Source of the DNA: Mayamaea pseudoterrestris
Lineage: Eukaryota
Assembly: GCA_027923505.1 (NCBI GenBank)
Contig: BROI01000004.1
Location: forward strand, 868,001 to 932,000
Length of the DNA stretch: 64,000 bases
Reading direction: 5' to 3'
A program made the translations under genes and the position numbers. Below the pieces are notes generated by a model. It did not search any database and was not told where the DNA came from. It saw nothing but the letters and a program-made list of their open reading frames with translations. Below, piece after piece: positions 55,537 through 64,000 of the stretch (within the stretch, counting starts at the first letter, position 1; each line of letters opens with the position of its first letter).

Positions 55537-56857
55537 TTATGGCGTAAACGCCTTTCTTGCAGAGCGTCGAAACTTTCCTGAAAGAGTGACTAAGGATCTG
55601 CTGTCAGTTTTGATCTCAATAACGCTGTTGCCTTTGCCCTTCATGACAAGCTTGTGCTTGTGTCCTTTAATCAGTTGCAATGTAACCGACATGAACTTGT
55701 TCTTGGCAAAGTATGTTCGGGCAGGGTAATTGGCCACTCGCTTGCCTGTCACCGTATCGACAATGCTCCAGGACATGGGAATCGCATCGTACTGTACATT
55801 GACAGTCGCTGTCACGTACGTGTCGGACGACGGCGACTGCACCGGTGTTGTAACGTCGGCTCCTCCGTTGCACCAGCTTGGTGGTGTTGCACTCAAGGCG
55901 CAAACTTGCTGATTGATCCAGTCAGTGGCACCAGATACTCGTGCGTATACACCCTGTTGACGAGAAGGTAAAATTATTGTAAGAAATTGTTTTGGATAGT
56001 GGTGGGCACGTCAAGAAGGCTTCAAAGCACTTACCGGTCGGTTCGCTCGAGCGCAACCATCTCCCCAAGAGACAACACCAACCTGCAAGCCATCTGAGTC
56101 AAACAATGGGCCGCCCGAGTCACCCGAGCATGAGTCTTTTCCGCCCGTAAGTGGCCCAGCGCACATTTCAATCGCTGTGTTTCGAGGACCGTACGAAGCG
56201 TCGCAGGTCGCTGGGGCAATGTACGGAACCGTTACCTTGCGTAGGGCCGAAGTCAAGGAGGTACCGCCTTCAGACGTTACACCAAACCCACACACCTCCA
56301 GATCTTGGTTCACGGCGGGGTAGGCAGGGTCAGTATTCAGAGGCGAAGGCGTCTTGGTGGATGGTTCGATTCTGAAGACCATAAAGTCGTTGGTTGATTT
56401 AGTCGCATCATAGCTTGGATGTGCCTGCAACGGGCTTAGAATGTTGCGCCATTCACCACCTTGGTCGGTGCTCCCTAACTTCATGGCGCCAACGAGGACT
56501 CTGGCTCCAAAACCGCTTGCCTGAAAATGACAAAACATTGTGCGTTAGTTTACGGTGCTATGCGGTCAGCGCGGCATTGCCAATTACGGGATGCTGCTGC
56601 ACACTTACTTTGCAATGCGCCGCTGTGAGGACAATGTCCGTATGAATAAGGTTGCCTCCACAACCACCTCCCAACACGAATGAAGGAAAGTCACCTTGTG
56701 CGGCGAGTGAACCACCGACAATGAACGACTCTGTTTCGCGTCTTCTGAGGTTTTGGGTTAATGCAGCTGTCGTATTGGTTGGTACTCGCGCCGACGGCTG
56801 GTCAGCGGAGGTGCTCTGCACAAGGGCAGCAATGATGATCGAGGAAAGAAGCTTCAT
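55537..56857 (-). CDS. Secreted trypsin-like serine protease (S1A) with a C-terminal beta domain; exons 56857-56609, 56520-56035, 55953-55537 (383 aa)
   Basis: Signal peptide, propeptide, IVGG, LTAAHC, NDFM, KDSCSGDSGGP (Asp in the S1 pocket), VSWGDGCA and PGVYARV. Two phase-0 GT-AG introns. Confidence 0.93.
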
Positions 56858-57241
56858 GTTGAGAGTTTATGATTGAAGCCGATGCTTTTTTAATTTTATG
56901 GAACGATATCGATTTGATGCGATCGAACGTTTCGTCGAAGAAAATGTGAACCCGAATTCCAAATGACTCGAATGACTGTTTCACCAAGACCAAATAAGGT
57001 CACGGAGTGGAGATATCGGAGCAACTTGGTCCAGGGCTTATCACAGGCCCAACACTCATGCAAGACCAAGAGTGATGATGAGTGAGTCACTTGAAGATTT
57101 CGGCAAAATAGTGTCAAAGTTCGACAAGGCCCAACGCCCAAGCAAGACCAAGTGAAGGTGCGCTTATTACATCGGCGGAATAGGTTCACAGGCAATAGCA
57201 AAGAAGCAAGACCAAGACCAAGAGGCTTAGGGGCGGAATTA

Positions 57242-58053
57242 GCGGCGATTTTTTTCGATGTTTCGTTGCACGGTGATGCACGGTGCATCAAATCACCCGG
57301 AACTCACGTTGCACGGTGCATCCGGATCAACGAAACATCGAACCCTCGTTGCACCGTGATGTTTGGTGATGTTTGGAGCCTCTATCTTCACTTTGGAGCT
57401 TGATCCCGCAGCCATACTTTGCATGCTTCATCGTTAGTATATAAAGGACTCACATAACAAATTTTAGCATGATCCCGCGGCTATTTCTGCCTCTAGAGCC
57501 ATTGAAATCCGCATCCTTCCGCGTCGTGGTTCGTCGACCGTCCTGTTGGCACGAGTGAGACTCCATCTACAACCAAACAGTCCTCGGAACCCACGCTACT
57601 ACATGCACAAGACTTTACAATATTGAAAACCTTTACTTTACTAGTAGCTTCGTTATTTATTGACATTAAACTACTGGTATTGATAGAGGCAAGCAATGGA
57701 CAAGGCGGAAAGGAAGGACTGGCGAGGCGCACCATTTTGTGGGTAGGCTGCAGCAATAATGGAATACTCTCATTATGTCTCTCTTTTCCATATAGTCCTT
57801 TGACTCATGAAGAAGCCATCTGCAGAAGAGAATGGAATTTGGTGGCTATCTAGGTAAGCTATGCGCTGGTTTCTGGGGGATCAACCATGGTGGTTTCGTC
57901 TTGAGTTGCATCCGCGACGAACCGCTACTGGAGACTTAAAGTTGGGGTTTGATGACGTGGTTGCACCGTGCAACGAAAATTGAAAGCCCGCTGATTGGTT
58001 ATTGCACCATTGTTTCATTGCACGGTGCAATGAAACAACGAAACATCCGCCGC
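57242..58053. mobile_element. Putative non-autonomous DNA transposon (MITE-like, 812 bp) with TA flanks and subterminal palindromes
   Basis: TA|GCGGCG...GATGTTTCGTTG at the left end mirrors CAACGAAACATC-CGCCGC|TA at the right end. Full or partial TGCAC(G/C)GTG(CA) units cluster at both ends only. No transposase ORF. Confidence 0.65.
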
Positions 58054-58471
58054 TAGTTTCGCGCCTTATGAACGAAAGTCATTTCACGAATAACCGGCTT
58101 GCCAATGTCCCGGTCGCTAGGCAACCCGATACTAAACGACTGTTAGTGGAACTAACTTTTACCTACCAAGGCTTGCCCTACGACAAAACATCTACTCCAA
58201 GTCGTACATGCAGTTTAAGAAGGATAAATTGCGACAACGACTATCGAGCTGCGAGACGTGTGTGGATGAATTCGTCATGGTCCATGACATATTACCATCC
58301 GACTTAAACGTTGATATAAATGCAAGTTGCTCCAACTACCCTTAGATTACGGATATTATTTGTAGTATCATACTGTATCATAACATAGAAGGGAATAATT
58401 AGGTTTACGCGAGCAATATTATGTACCAGTATGCAACATGCAAGTTTTCTCCCCTTCCTTGGCTGAAGGAG

Positions 58472-60613
58472 TTATGTCGCCCATGACAAACGTCGATGGC
58501 TCGCTCCCTTTATCGTCTCGATATTCGATGGTGCCCATGATAAGCGACGTTGGCATGCGTCATGCGCAGAGGGTAACTCTTGAAAACGTCCGCGCAACAT
58601 GTAATGTTGACCTTTGACCAGTGTCAGAAAACCAAGCACAACCTGCACCGCTCCAAACACACCAAGCGGCCGGGTTTGCAGAATCTCCATGCTGCAGGCA
58701 CATTCTGCTGGGTCCATGGCATAGCGCACAATCATGACGATACAATACAGTATGCCGGCGCGGACGACAATAAACTTGACCATGCTCGGTGACACCCAAG
58801 ACTGTTTGAGATACGGATTCACCCTCTGCTTGTTAGCGGAATAAAGAATGGGAGTATTAGGAATGGGAGTACTTGCTCGCATTTTCAATGAGCTTTCGAG
58901 ACTTTGGGACCACGACGAATAACTCTGTAGACTCGAGCAAAGGCTGCTGTTAATGGACGTGTCATCGTCAAGACGACCGTTGATGGCTTCAAAGGACTGG
59001 TTCGGCGAGACAGCCGTTGCATATAGGAACGCATCAAGCACGCCAGGAGCCGTGGATAGAGGATCTTCCATATCGTGCGACTCTTCCGTGAGGGCCATTT
59101 GTGGTACGACGCAGACGGAACGACGCTTGACGACGTTCTTTGCTTTCGGTGTCATGTGACTCTGTTGCGTGGGACTGACTAAAGCCGCTGGTGTAATTGC
59201 TGTGCTTAGCTCGTCATCTGATGCGCCACGGTTCAAGGATTGGGTTTGCTTCGAAAGCTGAGCGGCATACTCCATGGCTCGCTTTACAGAGTCATCAAGA
59301 TCGACACCGTCCACCGTCGGTTCCTCCACCACCTTTTCCATCATTTGAATCGCAGGCGACTGTCCACGCTTGGACTTGCGTATGCGCGGAGCCAAAGGAT
59401 TGGTCCGCTCAAGCAGCTTTTGAATGCGAGGATTCATCAAAATCTTTTTGCTCATGGCAACGACCCGATTGTGCGAGTAACCCAGCGGAAGGGCGACCAT
59501 GATTTCACAAGGAGATATTCCTACCGTTTCTTGCGTCATGACATCTTCGTAAGCTCTAACGGGCGTTTCGAGTTTGGTAAAGTCTCGTGCTCTTTTCTTT
59601 GGACGCGTCAAGCCAATGTACTCTTGGTTGGCAAGGTCCGTTTGCGTGGCATTGCATGGAATCGCACGAAGTAAGTCACCGACTGTCGTTGTTTCCACGG
59701 CAGAAAAGATGAGCTGAATGAGCTCAAATATCTTTTGTTTTGGCTGCACCAGCAAAACAAATATTTTGACCGAGTCTCCATCAAGTGCGATGGAAGTTGC
59801 TTCATCGTCGTGCGCCTTCTGCTGCATCTTGATGGAGATGCGAGACTTGCGGCGCATATCCTTGCTCATGGAGCGAACACCGGAGTCTATAAAGTATTTT
59901 ATATTGCGCAGCGGCGATCCAGGTGTGATGCTGGATGACGAGATTGGAGAAGCAGTGTTACGGCTCGCCGTCGGCATGTGATACATCTTGTCGAAAGCAG
60001 TCGACTCCGGCTCGACAGACTTGATTGATACGGAACCACTCGAAGGCTCTGTCGGTTCAAATTCTTCATCGTCGCTGCTCCATGCGCTTTCAAAAACTGA
60101 TTCGTTGGCAGTCGCCTGCTCAAAGACAATTTCTTGAACAGGGTCATTCGACGATTGAGCATTCTTGCGAAACCGACAGGGAATCCTCTTGCTTACACTC
60201 TTTGAAACGGATGACGATTTGACGGACTCGACAGGTTGCGTATCCATGGAGTGATCGTCACTTCCATCTTGAAACAAGCCGCTTAAATTGCGGCGTATGG
60301 AAGGGGCGTCATCAATGCGAATCTGATGGTCGAGGCCATTTTCAGTCTTGCTGGCGCTGGCGCTCTTGGAGGGCGAGAAGACGCGTCGCAACAGAGAGAC
60401 GGAAGCTTTTGTAGGTGGTGTGACTTCATTACCAGCCTTGGTGACTCGCTTGCGAAGCAAGGATGGGCTGCTGTATGTGGATGTGCATGACGATACATCC
60501 GCTGTCGCCTTCGTTGCCGGCTTTGATGACGGATATTGCTCCGAGATTGACTCGTCTCGCACCTCTGGTGAAATCATGACGGCAGACGAAATTACTCTTT
60601 CCGTATGCTTCAT
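58472..60613 (-). CDS. Hypothetical protein with a central globular (possibly ubiquitin-like) domain and two C-terminal TM helices (713 aa)
   Basis: Long ORF. Ordered block KIFVLLVQPKQKIFELIQLIF...TTVGDLLRAIP.NAT...QEYIGL...EIMVALP lies within Ser-rich disorder. Hydrophobic segments near the C-terminus. Confidence 0.7.
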   Translation of the reverse strand: MKHTERVISSAVMISPEVRDESISEQYPSSKPATKATADVSSCTSTYSSPSLLRKRVTKAGNEVTPPTKASVSLLRRVFSPSKSASASKTENGLDHQIRIDDAPSIRRNLSGLFQDGSDDHSMDTQPVESVKSSSVSKSVSKRIPCRFRKNAQSSNDPVQEIVFEQATANESVFESAWSSDDEEFEPTEPSSGSVSIKSVEPESTAFDKMYHMPTASRNTASPISSSSITPGSPLRNIKYFIDSGVRSMSKDMRRKSRISIKMQQKAHDDEATSIALDGDSVKIFVLLVQPKQKIFELIQLIFSAVETTTVGDLLRAIPCNATQTDLANQEYIGLTRPKKRARDFTKLETPVRAYEDVMTQETVGISPCEIMVALPLGYSHNRVVAMSKKILMNPRIQKLLERTNPLAPRIRKSKRGQSPAIQMMEKVVEEPTVDGVDLDDSVKRAMEYAAQLSKQTQSLNRGASDDELSTAITPAALVSPTQQSHMTPKAKNVVKRRSVCVVPQMALTEESHDMEDPLSTAPGVLDAFLYATAVSPNQSFEAINGRLDDDTSINSSLCSSLQSYSSWSQSLESSLKMRASTPIPNTPILYSANKQRVNPYLKQSWVSPSMVKFIVVRAGILYCIVMIVRYAMDPAECACSMEILQTRPLGVFGAVQVVLGFLTLVKGQHYMLRGRFQELPSAHDACQRRLSWAPSNIETIKGASHRRLSWAT

Positions 60614-61018
60614 TGCTTTACTTTCGTGATGGTTTGGCTACGTTTCAGAATGCAATGGAAACGTTTCTTGCTTCATTCATGGTGGTCGGCCGCTGATGTT
60701 GCTGTGTGGCGTCTCTCCTTCGGTGACGAATTTCGTTGCCGTGCGTCATTTGAATCCTTTCCAGCCAATCGGAGCTTTCCAAGAGGTGCGGCCGGCTCGT
60801 TTGGCGCCACTGCGTTCCGATGTTTAGCTATCCAGATCACACAATGACCTACGGTAGGACAATATTGTTCCCGCCGTCAACAAGAAACAGCAAAGCCAAT
60901 AGGTAGAGTGTAATAGAGCAAGACTAATCATTTAGGAACTAGCTTTCCATGCTACTGCAAAACTACCCACCAGATACCTTGCCGCCAATACTGATTGAAA
61001 CAAGCTGCACTATTTTAG

Positions 61019-61928
61019 TTATCGTCGTCCACCACCACCTCCACCAGTCCGACGACCTGGAGTGCGTCCCAACTGAAACTGCTCCTGGAACGAGAGCCCA
61101 TCGTCCAACTGAGAGGCAGCGTCCTCTCCAGGCTTGGTCAAGTCTTCCACCAGTTCTTCAGCTTCAACAATGTTTTTCAATACTTCACGCTTGTTGTTTT
61201 CGCAAAGCATGCCACCTACAAACATTTCAAATAGAATCAATAGCGACTTGTGCAAGGAAAAGACAAGATCCAATTCACAAACTGCAGCGTCGAGTTGATT
61301 GTGGCGACGAGGGCGAGGAAAATAGAGAAGATGGAACAAATGGCAAGGTGAGATTCCATGACTGTAAACGCATCGCTACCAACGATATTTGATCTGCTAC
61401 TAATACCGATAACCAATTTTTGCACTCCAGTTACGCCAGCAATCATCACCATGCAAACAATTATCAGCAGCAGCGTGGCTCGCACTCACCCGAATTAAAA
61501 TATCCATCCAGCGCCTCGACAAACAAGTGAATCTGCTCCAAAACAATCAACTCATTCATTCCGTCCGGAACTCCTACCACAAAGTACAAGGACGCGTAGC
61601 GCCGGTACACGAGCTTGTATGTTCCCTTGCGGTCCGACTTTTCAATAATGTTGCACATTTTCGGAGCCCGGGGCAAAACGTCACTGACAATCTCGCGGAG
61701 GATGCGCTTCTTGTCGGAATCCGAGTATTGCGTGAAGAATTCAGAGAGTCGCACCTTGCCTTGCCGACTCACCAAAACGATAAAGTTCCATCCTGTGTGA
61801 GAGAAAGCGTGTGTCAGTGACCGCCGAGTTTGAAACGAACACATACATAGTCATTCATAGGCTTCTTAATACATGCCTACAGCGGCCGTTGCGGAGCTAA
61901 CGGCTTCGCCAGTTATATCCGTCGGCAT
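61019..61928 (-). CDS. AP1S: Adaptor protein complex small (sigma) subunit, AP-1 sigma-like; exons 61928-61877, 61792-61490, 61281-61019 (205 aa)
   Basis: [48 protein letters not shown]. First intron is GC-AG, second is GT-AG. Confidence 0.85.
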
Positions 61929-62248
61929 TGCAAATACAGTTAAAGACGCTTTGCTACGATAGCAGCGTCGCGCAAGGGATGAGCGGCCGAAACGTCATGG
62001 TCGCGAGGGACGCGTCGCGACGGAGCTTTTGTTTCTCCGATTCCTTCATGCAACGCTGCAAGCAAGGTTCCACATTCCGCCGCTATTTCCATGGAGGATG
62101 ACGTGGCCGGAGAAATAGATGCGCGCGGGGCCGTCACCCCATCCTCATCGGTTCGAATTCGCCAAGAGCTTCTTTGTTCGATGCTTGCTTCTTGTCACAT
62201 TTAAAACTGCATCCGTTCTGCAACTATTGCACTACCTTAGTTACCGAC

Positions 62249-63445
62249 ATGGAAGCCATTCACCTTTCATCCGACTATCGCACCGACAAGCTCGCTATGA
62301 GCAAGCAACGAGACGATTCATCATCAACGACTCCGACATCCGCAATCGACGATTCATCCACGTCCATCTCATCGTCACGCACACCTTTGCCTACAACAAC
62401 AAGGTCGCTTCCCAATCAGTTGGAGTCAGCCTTGTCAAACAAAACTATACGCAAGCGCAGCGTAAGCCCTTTACCTCCTCGATCTCCTCCAAGAATAGCC
62501 ACCACCGCGACGAGAGAGCAAATTCCAGTCCAAGATCCATTGGAGATCAGCACCGTGGAAGAATTGTCAAATGTTTTGACACGCTACCACCGCAAGTTCG
62601 GCAAGCATTCGGTTCAAGTAGCCCATGTTCATAATTTGATTGGCAATGCATACTTTCGTCAAGGTCAGTATGAAGCGGCGCTGGATGCCTACAAGCGAGC
62701 CGTGCAGTGCACTCCAGGCGAACCTCTCGGAGACTCGTATGCAAACATTGGAACTGTGTACTGGACCATTGGTCAAGTGGACAATGCCATTGACTTTTTG
62801 AAGCGGGCACATGATGTGCACGAGTTTACGGCGGTGGCAAACAGTCAGAATCCAAAAGAGTCACTGCTAATTGCCACGGTAGCTTACCAGCTCGGCATTG
62901 CTTACACGCTCAAGACAAACTATCGCAAGGCACTCAAACACTTTGCCGTTTGTCAGGATATTCGTGAGCGAGTGTTGCCGGCGAATCATATTGACATTGC
63001 TCGCGTCATGGATGCCACTGGCAAGGTCTATGGCTTGCGCAAGCGTCCGGGCGATTTGGAGACGGCGCTCAAATATCACGAGGAAGCCTTTCACGTCAAG
63101 CATAGCCTCCCGAAACGCAAGCGCGATGCAGCCATGCTAGTCACGACCTTACAGTCCATTGCGGCCTTGCACTTGCAGCTTGCCGACTGGGAATCTGCCA
63201 CGTACTCGCACCAGCTTTTGCTCAAGATGCAAAAGAAGTTGCTGCAGAGTAACAAGAGGCGCAGCAATAATCATGACGATTCGCTTCGCAGTGACATTCG
63301 CAGTGACATTCGCGATACATACATTACGCTGTGGCGGCTCTATCAGACGATTCAAGACTTCGAGCAAGCCAAGTGTATACGTCGAGAAGCCTGCCTTTAC
63401 TTTAAGGATGATTTCAAGTGCGACAGCTGGTCTGACAATGAATAA
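62249..63445 (+). CDS. Tetratricopeptide repeat protein (kinesin light chain/NPHP3-type TPRs), 398 aa
   Basis: Repeats HNLIGNAYFRQGQYEAALDAYKRA, YANIGTVYWTIGQVDNAIDFLKRA, YQLGIAY...ALKHF and H.DIARVMDATGKVY. Confidence 0.85.
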   Translation: MEAIHLSSDYRTDKLAMSKQRDDSSSTTPTSAIDDSSTSISSSRTPLPTTTRSLPNQLESALSNKTIRKRSVSPLPPRSPPRIATTATREQIPVQDPLEISTVEELSNVLTRYHRKFGKHSVQVAHVHNLIGNAYFRQGQYEAALDAYKRAVQCTPGEPLGDSYANIGTVYWTIGQVDNAIDFLKRAHDVHEFTAVANSQNPKESLLIATVAYQLGIAYTLKTNYRKALKHFAVCQDIRERVLPANHIDIARVMDATGKVYGLRKRPGDLETALKYHEEAFHVKHSLPKRKRDAAMLVTTLQSIAALHLQLADWESATYSHQLLLKMQKKLLQSNKRRSNNHDDSLRSDIRSDIRDTYITLWRLYQTIQDFEQAKCIRREACLYFKDDFKCDSWSDNE

Positions 63446-63501
63446 TTGTGTTAAAACCATATCTCAAGGATAATTTATAAACATTTTTTTACACCTAAAA
63501 T

Positions 63502-64000
63502 TTACTCTTCATACTTGTCGTCGCCCTCCTCCTCTTCATTTTCTATTTGATATTCCATTGCCACGTCCCAACGCGAACTGGGCGCTTTTGCGCTTAAATA
63601 CTTGACAAACCGCAATGTTCCAGGATCTCGATAGACGATTGAAAGGGTATTAAAGCCAGCCGACACACTGAGAAGCTCCGTGTCATCGTCCTGGTTATAC
63701 TCATCAGCTGGAGTAGATCCTTGCCCATTCTCGTCCTCGTCATCTTCCGCTTCAATGTAACACTCAAATCCTCCCACGTCGCCCGATTGCCACGCCACAT
63801 CCGCTTCATCCAGCGGTGCACTTGTTTTCTTCACAGTGTCATTCTCATCACTCTCATCATTGTCGTCCATGACTTGCTGCTTGCCCGACCCAGCGACAAA
63901 GCATAGAGTCACATCCAGAACGGCCGATTCGGTGAGCAGACCATGGTGCGCCACAGTGTAGTCGAGCCCCGGCCGAAAACGACGAATATGCCCCTTGCAG
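63502..64000 (-). CDS. OGFOD1: Prolyl 3-hydroxylase OGFOD1/Tpa1, C-terminal domain (5' end lies outside the window)
   Basis: HIRRFRPGLDYTVA, WQSGDVGGFECYI and LLSVSAGFNTLSIVYRDPGTLRFVKYLSAKAPSSRWD match the Ofd1/Tpa1 C-terminal domain. Confidence 0.85.
   Translation of the reverse strand, partial: CKGHIRRFRPGLDYTVAHHGLLTESAVLDVTLCFVAGSGKQQVMDDNDESDENDTVKKTSAPLDEADVAWQSGDVGGFECYIEAEDDEDENGQGSTPADEYNQDDDTELLSVSAGFNTLSIVYRDPGTLRFVKYLSAKAPSSRWDVAMEYQIENEEEEGDDKYEE

Noticed and set aside
57264..57360. Repeated GTTGCAC units as a possible CRISPR array
   Set aside because: Repeats are short, irregularly spaced and in both orientations, the context is eukaryotic, and there are no cas genes.
57493..57853. 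Short ORFs inside the MITE-like element as possible transposase remnants
   Set aside because: No DDE/D or HTH motifs recognisable.
1..64000. tRNA, rRNA or snRNA genes, or a functionally coherent metabolic gene cluster
   Set aside because: None recognised by eye, and neighbouring genes are functionally unrelated apart from H2A.X/H2B. tRNAscan-SE and Infernal would be needed to exclude small RNAs.

Overview
Compact, gene-dense eukaryotic nuclear DNA. The short GT-AG introns, bipartite signal+transit (ASAFAP-like) plastid presequences, a Thalassiosira-type delta-6 elongase and a DUF6824-like protein all point to a diatom. About 30 protein-coding genes were reconstructed by hand-splicing the ORF track. 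In order: CSDE1/UNR-like (truncated, absent from the ORF track), an ML-like membrane protein, Vma22/CCDC115, a plastid membrane protein, a 3120-aa USP9/24/34-like deubiquitinase, an ATP-grasp protein, RPAC2, DDX3/Ded1, a TADA1-like protein, delta-6 elongase, YlmG, transportin-1, QCR7, RCHY1, GMP synthase, plastid PNPase, DUF6824, a phytol-kinase-like protein, CBM20-TPS/TPP, a WW-GT7 fusion, an H2A.X/H2B pair, trypsin, AP sigma, a TPR protein and OGFOD1 (truncated), plus several hypothetical genes. The most notable findings are: (1) an anchorless GT7 glycosyltransferase fused to a Pin1/PCIF1-like WW domain, a candidate nuclear glycosylation enzyme; (2) an 812-bp TA-flanked MITE-like element with repeated TGCACSGTGCA palindromes; (3) a shared variant histone 3' stem-loop on both H2B and the intron-containing H2A.X; (4) a TPS/TPP with Asp-to-Gly changes in both catalytic motifs; (5) a duplicated unnamed domain and a Tudor-like insertion in the giant USP; (6) a putatively myristoylated bacterial-type ATP-grasp protein; (7) a GC-AG intron. 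All family calls come from recognising motifs by eye; no database searches were run.
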